Made by a program: the position numbers and the translations under genes. Of a stretch of DNA of 64,000 nt, positions 49,936 through 62,068 are shown one piece after another. Origin of the DNA: Octopus sinensis (lineage: Eukaryota); NCBI RefSeq assembly GCF_006345805.1, contig NC_043007.1, positions 12,400,001 to 12,464,000 of the forward strand, given 5' to 3'. The notes beneath the pieces were generated by a model. That model was not told the origin of the DNA. It did not search any database and saw nothing but the letters and a program-made list of their open reading frames with translations. The stretch's first letter is position 1; each line of letters opens with the position of its first letter.

Positions 49936-51125
49936 ACACACATACACATGTGTGTGTGTGCATGTGTGTGTATGAGTAACTGTAATGACAAGCAAGTCAG
50001 GCAAGTCAGTTAACACTTCGAAGTATATTCTATATAGAGAACACCTGTCTCTAATGTATATATATATATATATAAAAGTGTATAATATTTATGCACAAAA
50101 GAGGCGACCCTTTAAAGGACGCCTTATATGCTAGAGAAGGCTACCAAACTCAAACCACGAAAAAAGTAGTTTTCTACCCTTTTAATCTTCACAGTCTTTT
50201 TCCCCACTAGGTGTAAGTAGCCATGCACATCCCTCAGCAGAAACCTGCTCTGCCACACCATCTCCTAGCATGAAGTTTGAACCCACCATACACCTACCCC
50301 AAGGTTTGTAGACCTATGAACTACATGGTGACCCCAATAGTGCCAGTGGCACAAAAAAGTGCCAAGTCTATACTGCAAAGAGGTTGGCACTAAGAAGAGC
50401 ATCCAGCTGTAAGACCCGTGCCAAAACAAACGATGGATCTTGATGCAGTTCTTGGACACACTGGATCCTGTCAAACTGTCCAACCCATACCAACATGGAT
50501 TATCGACAATAAATGATGATGAAAAATAAAAGATGATTCAAAAATAAAAGTTTCTTTCTCGTATGAAACAAAAATTATTGCACCTGGTAAAAGTCAACAA
50601 ACTGGTAGCACCTAATTTCCTTATTATTTCAAGAAAATTTTATCAAAGAGACAGATATATTGATTTATTGGATCCAACTTCCTTGGAAATATGGATTTAA
50701 CAAAAATGAATGTGAAGTCAATGTAAGAATCTGCTTGACATTTATAAACTTTACCGAAATAGATTAAAAGAAAATTAAAATTCTTAATAGTTTATGCAAA
50801 TTTATAGACTATTTCAAGTAAAAGTCTTTATATATAAATATATATATATATGGTGAAAAAAAATCAGTTGTTAATGGCAAAAGTACTTTTAAATCTTTAT
50901 AGTAAATATCAAAATAGCAATGGCAGATGTTCATAAATTGGCGATGAGGATTCAGTTATTTGATCTGCAAAATTACCTGCTCCTGAATAAACATTCCACT
51001 AACATGTGTACTCTTAATGAAATTCTGATACAGAATCAGCGCAACACAGCATGTGTGACATGGTTGTACCTTTTGAATCACACACAGATACAATCCACTT
51101 GATGCCATGTAGTTACTGTCTACCA

Positions 51126-51500
51126 TGGAGGCGCAATGGCCCAGTGGTTAGGGCAGCGGACTCGCGGTCATAGGATCGCGGTTTCGATTCCCAGACCGGG
51201 CGTTGTGAGTGTTTATTGAGCGAAAACACCTAAAGCTCCGCCAGGGGATGGTGGTGATCTCTGCTGTACTCTTTCACCACAACTTTCTCTCACTCTTTCT
51301 TCCTGTTTCTGTTGTACCTGTATTTCAAAGGGCCGGCCTTGTCACTCTCTGTGTCACGCTGAATATCCCCGAGAACTGCATTAAGGGTACACGTGTCTGT
51401 GGAGTGCTCAGCCACTTACGCGTTAATTTCACGAGCAGGCTGTTCCGTTGATTCGGATCAACCGGAACCCTCGTCGTCGTAACCGACGGAGTGCTTCCAC
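51126..51500 (+). mobile_element. Family D SINE, full length
   Basis: tggaggcgcaatggcccag...ccgacggagtgcttcc. Confidence 0.92.
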
Positions 51501-51989
51501 ACACTGTCTACCCAGTTTCACTCACAAGGAATCGGTTGATCCAAGGCTACAGAGAAAAGAAAAACGTTTGCCCAAGATGCTATGCACTGAGAGTAAACCG
51601 AAGACCTTATGGTTGCAATCTGAACTTCTCAATCATTCAACCATACTGTGCCTCAATAAAAATAAAATGCTGTTCTTAAACGGCATTACTCAACTATAAA
51701 GGGATTACCTTGTTATGTTCTGGGGTACAGTTAGGGAAGAACATCATGATCTCGGTCACTTATGCACCATAAGCATGCCCACCTAGCCAGCCGGGTGGCA
51801 CCATTTGAAAGGTACAACAATGAGAGGAAGTGCATTGTGACAAGCGTTGTATAACAATATCCAATAGTCTGGTTGATACAGTGACATATGTATGTAAATG
51901 TATATGTACACACATATATATACACACACATACATACATACACAGACATATATATGCAAATTGTAAACAAATAGACGCAGAAGTGGCTT

Positions 51990-52382
51990 ACCAACCACAT
52001 GGTTCTGGGTTCAGTCCCACTGCATGGCACCTTGGGCAAGTGTCTTCTACTATAGCCTCGGGCCGACCAAAGCCTTGTGAGTGGATTTGGTAGACAGAAA
52101 CTGAAAGAAGCCTGTCGTATATATGTATATATATATGTGTGTGTGTGTGTGTGTATGTGTGTGTGTGTGTATGTGTATGTTTGTGTGACTGTGTTTGTCC
52201 CCCAGCATCACTTGACAAGTGATATTGGTGTGTTTACGTCCCCGTAACTAAGTGGTTCGGCAAACGGAACCGATAGAATAAGTACTAGGCTTACAAAGAA
52301 TAAGTCCTGGGTTCGATTTCTTCGACTAAAGGCGGTGCTCCAGCATGGCCTCAGTCAAATGACTGAAACAAGTAAAAGAGTA
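51990..52382 (+). mobile_element. Family B SINE
   Basis: Characteristic motifs. Confidence 0.88.
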
Positions 52383-52419
52383 AATGTCACCAGCATACAA
52401 ACGGTTCATTTGGTTGCAA

Positions 52420-52620
52420 TCATCCACAAAAACATGTCTGGCCATTGTGCTGTCCATGTTTGACTGACTAAGAGAAATATTACCTTGCTTGGAAACAGGT
52501 GGAGGGGTAAATGACAAGAAGAGCATCCACTTGTAGGAAATTTGCTTCAACAAATTTAATCTGAACGATGAAAGCATGGAAAAGTAGACATTAAAAACAA
52601 TGACAAAACGATGATGATGA
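52420..52620 (+). mobile_element. Diverged A-related 3' tail ((GAT)n end)
   Basis: aacatgtctggcc..aaatattaccttgcttggaaacagg..gcatggaaaagtagacattaaaaac..gatgat; related pieces at ~17900 and ~37800. Confidence 0.55.
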
Positions 52621-52629
52621 TAATTTAAT

Positions 52630-53290
52630 ATTGGTTTCAAATTTTGGCACAAGGCCAACAATCTGGGGGGAGGGCAAATGGGTTGCATCGATTCCTGTGC
52701 TCAACTGGTATTTATTTTATCAACCCCCAACAGGTATGAAAAGTAAAGTCAACCTTGGTGAAATTTGAACTCAAAACATGAAGGTGGACAAAATGCCTAT
52801 TTCTTTACTACCCACAAGGGGCTAAATACAGAGGGGACAAACAAGGACAACAAACAGATTAAGTTGATTATACTGACCCCAGTGCGTAACTGGTACTTAT
52901 TTAATTGACTCCGAAAGGATGAAAGGCAAAGTCGACCTCGGCGGAATTTGAACTCAGAACGTAGCGGCAGACGAAATACCTATTTCTTTATTACCCACAA
53001 GGGGCTAAACACAGAGGGGACAAACACGGACAGACATAGGTATTAAATCGATTACATCGACCCCAGTGCGTAACTGGTACTTAGTTTTATCGACCCCGAA
53101 AGGATGAAAGTCAAAGATGACCTCGGCGGAATTTGAACTCAGAACGTAGCGGCAGACAAAATACCACTAAGCATTTCGCCCGGCGTGCTAACGTTTCTGC
53201 CAGCTCGCCGCCTTCTACATGAAGGTAGACAAAATGCCACTAAGCATTTTTTTCCCAATGTGTTACCGATTCTGCCATCTCACCACCTTA
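52630..53290 (-). mobile_element. Young family C dimer (52798-53214) nested in an old family C copy
   Basis: 21-bp TSD catgaaggt(g/a)gacaaaatgcc at 52777-52797 and 53218-53238. Confidence 0.85.
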
Positions 53291-54119
53291 CTATCATTTA
53301 ACATTAATCACATCGTGAAACAAACCAAAAAAAAAAAAAAATGAGAAAAAGAAAAAATAATATTTACATGGTTTAACAGGTTAAATAGAGGCAAAATAAC
53401 TCAAGACGCATTAATTTCATTTCTGCAAAGCATGTTGTCTACAATTCGGTAGTATTTTGAAATTCCTGCTTCAAAACGGCATCAAAAATTCAAACTGGAT
53501 ACGAAGCTTCAACACATTTGCAATCTTTCCAACTTTGATATTCTACCATATGTACTCCTCACCTTTGTTTGTTTTTTGGGCTCCCCACCCCCCATGCTTA
53601 CAGAATTTATTATATATTTCATAAAGCAGTCTCTTTTTTTTTTTTTGTTTCGTTTTTCCTTTTAATAGTTTGCTTCTAGTTCAGTCACTACCCTTTCATG
53701 TCTTGGTATACTTATTCAGGAATAAAACACACTTATCCCAGCTGCTAATTCTTGCTACTCCCACAACCTAAACGCTAAACGTAACATCAGTTAGCCAGTT
53801 CTTTACACAGCATCCCTTAGGCAATTACAAGTGAACATTGGTGTGAAAATAATTCAAAACTATTATCATTATTCCAGATAAGTAACACAGAGAAGCAAAA
53901 AAATTCAAAAGGGCTGGGTTTTTTTTATGTAGTTCACAGATTTCTCTTTCATGTTCTGGGAAATCTGAGAACATAAAATGTTTTTCTTTAATTATCAACG
54001 ACAAGAGCAGACATAGGTGTGTGGTTAAGAAGTCTGTTTTGTTTGCACATGGTTCTGCGTTTCGATTCCACGGTGAGGATCTCTGAGCAAGTGTTTTCTA
54101 CTGTAGCCCCAGATTCACC

Positions 54120-54348
54120 AATATCTTTTACTCTCTTTACTCTTTACTCTTTTTCTTGTTTCAGTCATTTGACTGCGGCCATGCTGGAGCACCGCCTTTA
54201 GTCGAGCAAATCGACCCCAGGACTTATTCTTTGTAAGCCCAGTACTTATTCTATCGGTCTCTTTTTGACGAACCGCTAAGTGACGGGGACAATAACACAC
54301 CAGCATCGGTTGTCAAGCAATGCTAGGGGGACAAATACAGACACACAA

Positions 54349-54383
<35 letters not shown>

Positions 54384-54908
54384 CATACATATATATGTGA
54401 AGGTGCGTGGCTCAGTGGTTAGAGCGTCGAGCTTACGATCGTGAGGTTGTGAGCTCGAATCCCGGACCGGGCTGCGTGTTGTGTCCTTGAGCAAGACACT
54501 TTATTTCATGTTGCTCCAGTTCACTCAGCTGTAGAAATGAGTTGCGACGTCACTGGTGCCAAGCTGTATCGGCCCTTGCCTTTCCCTTGGACAACATCGG
54601 TGACGTGGAGAGGGGAGGCCGGTATGCATGGGCGACTGCTGGTCTTCCATAAAAAAACAACCTTGCCCAGACTTGCGCCTCAGAGGGTAACTCTCTAGGT
54701 GCAAACCCATAGTCAGTGTCTGACCGAAGGGGGTCACAACATATATACGACGGGCTTCTTTCAGTTTCCGTGCACCAAATCCACTCACAAGGCTTTGGTC
54801 AGCCCGAGGCTATAGTAGAAGACACTTGTCCAAGATGCCATGCAGTGGGACTGAACCCTGAAACCATGTGGTTGGTAAGCAAGCTACTTACCACACAGCC
54901 ACTCCTGC
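54120..54908 (-). mobile_element. Family B SINE split by a family F insertion
   Basis: B tail 54120-54370, B head 54740-54908. Confidence 0.88.
54397..54735 (+). mobile_element. Family F SINE nested in the B internal (TA)n
   Basis: Paralog of 29444-29782. Confidence 0.9.
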
Positions 54909-55154
54909 GTGGAATTTGGTAGAGGAAGACAATGCAAAAGACGCTTGTATGTAAAAAAAAAACTGGGTACTTTTTGGTAATCTCACCCCCATTAAAAAAT
55001 TGGGTTACCTCCCCGCTAAAAAATCGAGTTAATGAGGTGACAAGAGATTGGATTAAAAGGGTTAGATCCTTTTGATTCAATACTTCAACACATTGTTGAT
55101 GTTTGGCCCCCTTAATAGGAATGGTATGATTTGTTATAAAAATGTTATCAGATT

Positions 55155-55311
55155 CAGGAGTGGCTATGTGGTAAGTAGCTTGCCTCACAACCATATGGTT
55201 CTGGGATCAGTCCCACTGCGTGATACCTTGAGCAAGTGTCTTCAACTATAGCCTCGGGCAGACCAAAGCCTTGGGAGTGGATTTGGTAGACAGAAACTGA
55301 AAGAAGCCCAT

Positions 55312-55395
<84 letters not shown>

Positions 55396-55745
55396 ATATT
55401 TGTGTGTCTATGTTTGCCCCCACAATCACTTGACACCAATGTTGGTGTGTTTACGTCCCCGTAACTTAGTGGTTAGGTAAAAGACACCTATAGAATAAGT
55501 ACTAGGCTTACAAAGAATAAGTCCTGGGTCGATTTGTATATACACACTCACACATACATATATGCACATACATATATACACATATATGTAGGGCTTCTTT
55601 AAGTTTCTGCATACCAGATCCACTCACAAGGCCTCAGTCAACTAGGGGCTATATAGTAGAAGACACTTTCCCAAGGTGCCATGCAGTGAAACTGAACTCA
55701 GAACCATGTGGTCGGGAAGCAAACTTCTTACCACACAGCCGTACC
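55155..55745. mobile_element. Family B (+, 55155-55530) and inverted B head (-, 55580-55745)
   Basis: Characteristic motifs in opposite orientation. Confidence 0.8.
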
Positions 55746-55882
55746 TGCATCCAGAACATCCCACATGTCTGTGTTTTTGCATAATGGATAAAAAAAAAAG
55801 TGCAACAAGTTACGTTCTTTTGCAACAAAAACTTGGCCACCTGATAAATACATTGGAAATTGAAATCAACAAAATAAATACC

Positions 55883-56240
55883 TATTTCTTTACTACCCAC
55901 AAGGGGCTAAACACAGAGGGGACAAACAAGGACAGACACATGGATTAAGTCGATTACATCGACCCCAGTGCGTAACTGGTACTTAATTTATCGACCCCCG
56001 AAAGGATGAAAGGTAAAAGTCGACCTCGGCGGAATTTGAGCTCAGAACGTAGCAGCAGATGAAATACCTATTTCTTTATTACCCACAAGGAGCTAAACAA
56101 AGAGGGGACAAACAAGGACAGACATAGGATGAAAGGTAAAAGTCGACCTCAGCGGAATTTGAACTCAGAACGTAATGGCAGATGAAATACGGCTCCGCAT
56201 TTCGCCCAGCGTGCTAACGTTTCTGCCAGCTCACCACCTT
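55883..56240 (-). mobile_element. Family C dimer with 15-bp TSD ending in AAATACC
   Basis: aacaaaataaatacc at 55868-55882 and 56241-56255. Confidence 0.9.
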
Positions 56241-56737
56241 AACAAAATAAATACCAGACCAGTGTAAATACTAGGGCCCATATGATTAACAAAATCCTTA
56301 GAAGGCTGTTCACCATATATAAGGCGCCACCTTCAGTTCAAAGAGTGAAACCAACAAACAATCAAGATAATGAAATAGAATACTGTTTCTTTCATTTTAA
56401 AAAACCAGCACCAATCATTTTAGAAATAACTAAAATTGTTCAGGGCTTACATCAGTCAGGGTTGACCATATTTCTGCAACATCAATGCACAGGCCTTAGC
56501 AAGAATCTGAGGGTGACTGGCAGATGCACATGCATGCAAATCTTCTCTTTCTACGCCACTGGTATTTAATCCAAGGGAAATGCTGCTTATGTGGTCCTAT
56601 GTAGCTTGACATCACTGTCGACTCAAGAGTTGCTGCCAGAATACGATGAGCCTGAACAAATTCAACAAGCCACATTGTCTGATCCTGCAGTGGTTCCACC
56701 AATTCACAGACTTGGATGGGGAAGATTTTATTGATTC

Positions 56738-57000
56738 ATCATCATCATCATCATCATCGTTTAACGTCCATTTTCCATGCTAGCATGGGTTAGACGGTTC
56801 AACCGGGGTCTGGGATGTCAGGAGGCTGCACTAGGCTCCAGTCTGATCTGGCAGTGTTTTTACAGCTAGATGCCCTTCCTAACGCCAACCACTCTGTGGG
56901 TGTAGTGGGTGCTTTTTACGTGCCAGAGGAGGCTGGTAAACAGCCAGGATCGGTTGGTGCTTTTTACATGTCACTGACACAGACACCAGTCAGGCATGTC

Positions 57001-57041
<41 letters not shown>

Positions 57042-57272
57042 TCATCCTCATTGTTTAACGTCCGCTTTCCATGCTAGCATGGCTTGGATGGTTTGACCGG
57101 GGTCTGGGAAGCCAGGAGGCTGCACCTGGCCCAGTCTGATCTGGCAGTGTTTCTACAGCTGGATGACCTTCCTAAGGGCCAACCACACCTTGAATGTAGT
57201 GGGTACTTTTTACGTGCCACCGGCACAGGTGCCAGGGGAGGCTGGCAACGGCCAAGATTGGTTGGTGCTTTT
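56738..57272 (-). mobile_element. Two tandem family A copies
   Basis: 56738-57000 and 57040-57272. Confidence 0.85.
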
Positions 57273-57430
57273 TGATTCTGGAAAAAAAAAATGGAATTTG
57301 AACTCAGAGTGCAGAGACCTGAGACAAATACCATGTGGCATCGCAGCCAACAGTGTAAAGACTCTGACAACCTGCTGCCTAAAAATCAACACTCTTGAAG
57401 TGTATTCTAATGACTAACGATTAGTATAAA

Positions 57431-57828
57431 CTAGCAGTATCGCCTTGTGTTGCTCGGGTTTGTGTCAACTCTTTAGAATTGGAATTTTTGAAAAGTAAAA
57501 ATTTTGCATTATGTAGCTTGTTATTCTCTTTAAGTGAACATTTTTCTGGTTGAAATACACCGAAAAATGGCGACACAGCAGTCAAAAAATCGTAAAAAAA
57601 TAGGGATTTTTCATACAAATAAAGCACCTTCTTAGTGTAAATAATTTTTGGTGTTAACATGGTCTGATTTGAATTTTTTCTTCTACGGAATGAAGAGCAA
57701 GCCTTCTTCTAACAAACATACTCTCAATTTTAGTCAGCTTGCGCTGCAGGGTCTCGGAGGAGATAGTGTTAGTTGAAGGCTACCAAACCTGCCATACACA
57801 AACAACTTCAGCTTTATATATAGAGAGA
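57431..57828 (-). mobile_element. Non-autonomous Helitron, full length (~400 bp)
   Basis: Minus strand A|TCTCTCTATATATAAAG ... cccgagcaacacaagg-cgatactgCTAG|T: TC 5' end, subterminal hairpin remnant, CTAG 3' end, A|T target, no TSD. Confidence 0.83.
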
Positions 57829-58280
57829 TTTAAAACATTTGCTTTTCGCATATTTCTTTCTACTTTCTACCACATGCATACGAGTCTTGAAATTTTGGTG
57901 GAGCAGGGCTAGTTGATTACAGTGATCCCAGTATTCAACATGAAAGAATGGTTTAGGGTTTGTCAGAGGAGGGTGTGCAATGGCCATGACCCTTTTCAGG
58001 ATCCTCTGTTACCTGTAAGAATAAAGGGGGAAGTTATTCTCAGACCCAAGAAATAGCCTAAATGCTTACAAGGGCCAGGTGGTGTTATTAAACCAAGTGA
58101 TGGATTGAGTTTTCTGCATGATAACAAATGGTATCTTCAACAGGTTTCCATACTGTCCTTGTCTACCAAATTTCATCCATAAGACTTCAGGGGTTGACTT
58201 GAAGCTGAACCATCATACAGTGGATTGAACCCAAGATACTGTAGCTATAACAGCAATATTCTTAACCACCCAGCCATACC

Positions 58281-58697
58281 TATTTCTTTACTACCCACAA
58301 GGGACTAAACACAGAGAGGACAAACAAGGACAGACAAACGGATTAAGTCGATTATATCGACCCCAGTGCGTAACTGGTACTTAATTTATCGACCCCGAAA
58401 GGATGAAAGGCAAAGTCAACCTCAGCGGAATTTGAACTCAGAATGTAACGGCAGACAAAATACCTATTTCTTTACTACCCACAAGGGGCTAAACACAGAG
58501 GGAACCAACAAGGACAGACAAACGGATTAAGTCGATTATATCGACCCCAGTGCGTAACTGGTACTTAATTTATCAACCCCGAAAGGATGAAAGGCAGAGT
58601 CAACCTCAGCAGAATTTGAACTCAGAACGTAAAGGCAGACGAAATGCCGCTAAGCATTTCACCTGGCGTGCTAACGATTCAGTCAGCTCACCGCCTT
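58281..58697 (-). mobile_element. Family C dimer
   Basis: Junction aaatacc|tatttc at ~58465. Confidence 0.9.
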
Positions 58698-59429
58698 TAC
58701 CTACACTCATGAAAATTAAGGAACCATGAAACTGACTTTATTGTTCCATACCAAACTACACAATATTTGGTGAAAGATAAATAAGGCAGCAAATTGGCAG
58801 AATCCTTACTGTGCCAGACGAAATGTTTAACAGTATTTCTTTTGGTTTTCTGTTCTGCTTTCAAATTCTACCAAGGTTGACTTTGCCTTTCATTCTTTCA
58901 GGGTTCACTAAATAAGTACCAGTTGCATGCTGGGGGATGATGTAATCGACTAACCACTCCCCCAAAATTCCAGGCCTTGTGTCTATAGTAGAAAGGAGCA
59001 TATTAGTATTTTTTGTCTTGAACCCTTTTTCCATATTGCTTTTTATGATGGTCTTATTCATGCCAGGAACCAAGCTGGTATTTCTAATGGACCCATACAA
59101 AAATGCACTAGCACCAGAATTTGATCCTCAAAAGAAGAGAAGTTGGTAAAAAAAAACTCCCTATCTTCAGCTTCAATGAGGTGCCCATCCTTACCTATGG
59201 TAAACAAAACAGAGGTTTCTCCTAAGTATCTCTAGAATACCATTACTTGACAGGGTGCACAGCTCGTAGATCAGGATGTCTTTCCAAGTTGAGCCACAAG
59301 AGATCACAGCTCTGGTACTTTGAGAGATCACAGCTCCAGTACTGGACATGTGATTAGAAATTCGCGGGGAAGGATCATGATATAGATTCTTCAAACTGAG
59401 CCAAAGTGGCAGGTGACCTAGGGGTATAC

Positions 59430-59663
59430 ATATTTCTTTACTACCCACAAGGGGCTAAACACAGAGAGGACAAACAAGGACAGACACACGGATTAAGTTG
59501 ATTATATCGACCCCAGTGCATAACTGGTACTTATTTAATCAACCCCGAAAGGATAACAGGCAAAGTCGACCTCGGCGGAATTTGAACTCAGAACGTAACG
59601 GCAGACAAAATACCGCTAAGTATTTCGCCCGGCATGCTAAGGTTTCTGCCAGCTCGCTGCCCT
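59430..59663 (-). mobile_element. Family C monomer with 20-bp TSD
   Basis: caggtgacctaggggtatac at 59410-59429 and 59664-59683. Confidence 0.93.
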
Positions 59664-59907
59664 CAGGTGACCTAGGGGTATACCAAGAGCAGAATGGTTG
59701 GATAATATCCATAACCTCAGTTGATCATGATGGAGTAAAGCGTAATGATGGCTGCTTCTGAAGACGCTACCCCTAAAACTTTCCCAGAAACAGTGGGCAG
59801 AAATGATGGATGAATAGATATTAATATTTTACTGGTTTGAATAGGCAGGATTGAAATAACAATCTTAGATCACAGTGATAACATAGAGGATTGATTTATT
59901 CAAATAT

Positions 59908-60249
59908 TCATTGTTTGACCGTGGTCGAGACAATGGAATTTACAATGTTACGCCAGACTTCACGGTCCATCATAGCATTACAGAGGTCCTGTTGCTGGAT
60001 GCCTGTATCCCTGGAGATTACATCAGGGTAGGAGAGTGTGCACTCTCTGGTATCGCGAGCAGATGGCTTCCAGAGGAGAAGAGTAGAAATTACCTCGTTT
60101 TCATCTCTACAACAATGTCCAGCAAATTGGACTCTTCTACCTTTCACAAGAGATGATACAGGTGGTAGTTTCCCACATATTTGTACTTTGGTTGGAGGAC
60201 GCTTCCACGAGAGATTTTGAGCTCTCATAAGGAATGTAAGCTCAAACAA
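59908..60249 (-). mobile_element. RTE-clade (RTE-X-like) LINE ORF C-terminal fragment
   Basis: RAQNLSWK..PT...GKLPPVS..VKGRRVQFAGHCCR...LLLWKP...LSYPDVI...MMDREVWR matches the RTE C-terminal RR..FAGH..R / W.P / DR..WR pattern. Confidence 0.82.
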
Positions 60250-60582
60250 TAAAAATCATAAATAACCTAAATTTTTCAATTTAATTTACTATACGTTTTG
60301 GAGAATAACTAAATCAACATCTACTGCCCACCGACGTTCAATAAATGACATCTGAGTAAGAAAAAATATAATAATATATTAGCTTATATTTGGGAATAGT
60401 TCTTAAGCACCCCAACAACAATAAGGTACTCATTTTGCGCAAGAATTCCATAGCTTTATTAATCCAAGATCCTACAGAAATAAAATGATAGTTTAAGAAT
60501 ATATATGCATGAATACATACATACACATAAATTATATCTACAAATATATATATATATAATGTATACCACATGTATATATCTC

Positions 60583-60773
60583 CTTTACTCTTTTACTTGT
60601 TTCAGGCATTTGACTGCGGCCATGCTGGAACACTGCCTTTAATCGAGCAACTCGACCCCGGGACTTATTCTTTTGTAAGCCCATCTATCAGTTACTTTTG
60701 CCGAACCGCTAAGTAACAGGGACATAAACACACCAACATCGGTTGTCAAGCAATGCTAGGGGGACACACACAA

Positions 60774-60816
<43 letters not shown>

Positions 60817-61193
60817 TACAGCGGGCTTCTTTCAGTTTCCATCTACCAAATCCACTCACAAGGCTTTGGTCGGCCCGAGGCTATAGTAGAAGACACTTGC
60901 CCAAGGTGCCATGCAGTGGGACTGAACCCGGAACCATGTGGTTGGTAAACAAGCTACTTACCACACAGCCACTCCTATGCCTATATATATATATTACTTG
61001 TTTCAGTCATTTGCTTGTGGCCATGCTGGAGCACTGCCTTTAATCAAACAAATTGATCCTGGGACTTATTTTTTGTAAGCCTAGTACTTATTTTATTGGT
61101 CTCTTTTGCCAAACCACTAAGTTATGGAAAAGTAAACACACCGACATCGGTTGTCAAGCAATGGTGGTGGGACAAACACAGACACAAATGTAT

Positions 61194-61265
<72 letters not shown>

Positions 61266-61420
61266 CTGCAGGCTTCTTTCAGTTTCCGCCAACCAAATCC
61301 ACACACAAGGCCTTGGTCGGCCTGAGGCTATAATAGAAGACACTTGCCCACAGTGCCACACAGTGGGATTGAACCTGGAACCATGTGGTTGGGAAGCAAG
61401 CTTCTTACCACACAGCCACG
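60583..61420 (-). mobile_element. Two tandem family B SINEs
   Basis: 60583-60980 and 60996-61420. Confidence 0.88.
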
Positions 61421-61529
61421 CAGAGAAAGATTTTGCTTAAGCATAACAGTCCTAATAACTTGGTGCTAGAACCCAATGTCCTTATGATTCAGAATAACGT
61501 TAGTCAAGCACAAAATACAGAAAATGATA

Positions 61530-61753
61530 TGAAATTAAATAAATGACAAGGAAAAACAGGAATTACATAATCAACTTCATTAGCTCACAGCTGTTTCTGC
61601 TGCTGTAAGATGCAATGCGTTCAGCTCTGAGGAAGCCATAAGATGATGCAGAAGCATTAGCTCTAAGTACACTGCATCTCATAACAGAAACAGCTGTAAG
61701 CTTAATTAAGTTTATTATGCAATTCCTGTTCCTTTGTCATTTATTTAATTTCA
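61530..61753. mobile_element. Foldback element, ~95-bp arms and 32-nt loop
   Basis: 61530-61626 is largely the reverse complement of 61659-61753. Confidence 0.88.
61623..61664 (+). ncRNA. Type I hammerhead ribozyme-like motif forming the foldback loop (decayed)
   Basis: agct-CTGAGGA-agccataagatgatgca-GAAGC-ATT-agct; CUGANGA intact, GAAA reads GAAG, stem II imperfect. Confidence 0.5.
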
Positions 61754-62022
61754 CATGTATATAGCAAAATTAATAGCTCGAGAATGCAGTATATCTGTTA
61801 TTTGATCCAAACATCTGTTGAATTGAATCATTCCCTCTATAAACTACCAGAAGAGAAAAAGTCTTCAAAACAGAAATGAATTGCAAGTATATTGCCTTTT
61901 CTTATGACCTTCAAGGCTAAAAATTTCAGGCTTTATCAAGTATTTTCCAAGGCCAATGACATATTATAGGCGCATTTTGGTCGATCTTACCAATAGGTTT
62001 CACACTGGATATTAAAACCAGA

Positions 62023-62068
62023 TGTCAGCTAACAGCACAGTAATACTGAGTGCTCTTCAGAGATGACA
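62023..62068 (-). ncRNA. Hammerhead ribozyme-like motif lacking GAAA (decayed)
   Basis: Minus strand tgtcatct-CTGAAGA-GCAC-tcagtattact-GTGC-[GAAA absent]-tGTT-agctgaca. Confidence 0.45.

Noticed and set aside
4950-51200. tRNA-like sequences at the heads of families C, D, E, F, G
   Set aside because: A/B boxes are present, but each runs into a shared SINE body with tails and TSDs, and I could not fold a complete cloverleaf acceptor stem; they are SINE heads, not tRNA genes
56496-56720. 68-aa minus ORF faintly like a LINE endonuclease segment (HRILAATLE..VMSSY.GPH)
   Set aside because: Similarity too short, and no flanking conserved motifs
59750-59790. ctgctt-CTGAAGA...GAAAC-AGT-gggcag hammerhead-like spacing
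   Set aside because: The intervening 22 nt cannot form stem II, and stem I relies on two G-U pairs; compatible with chance
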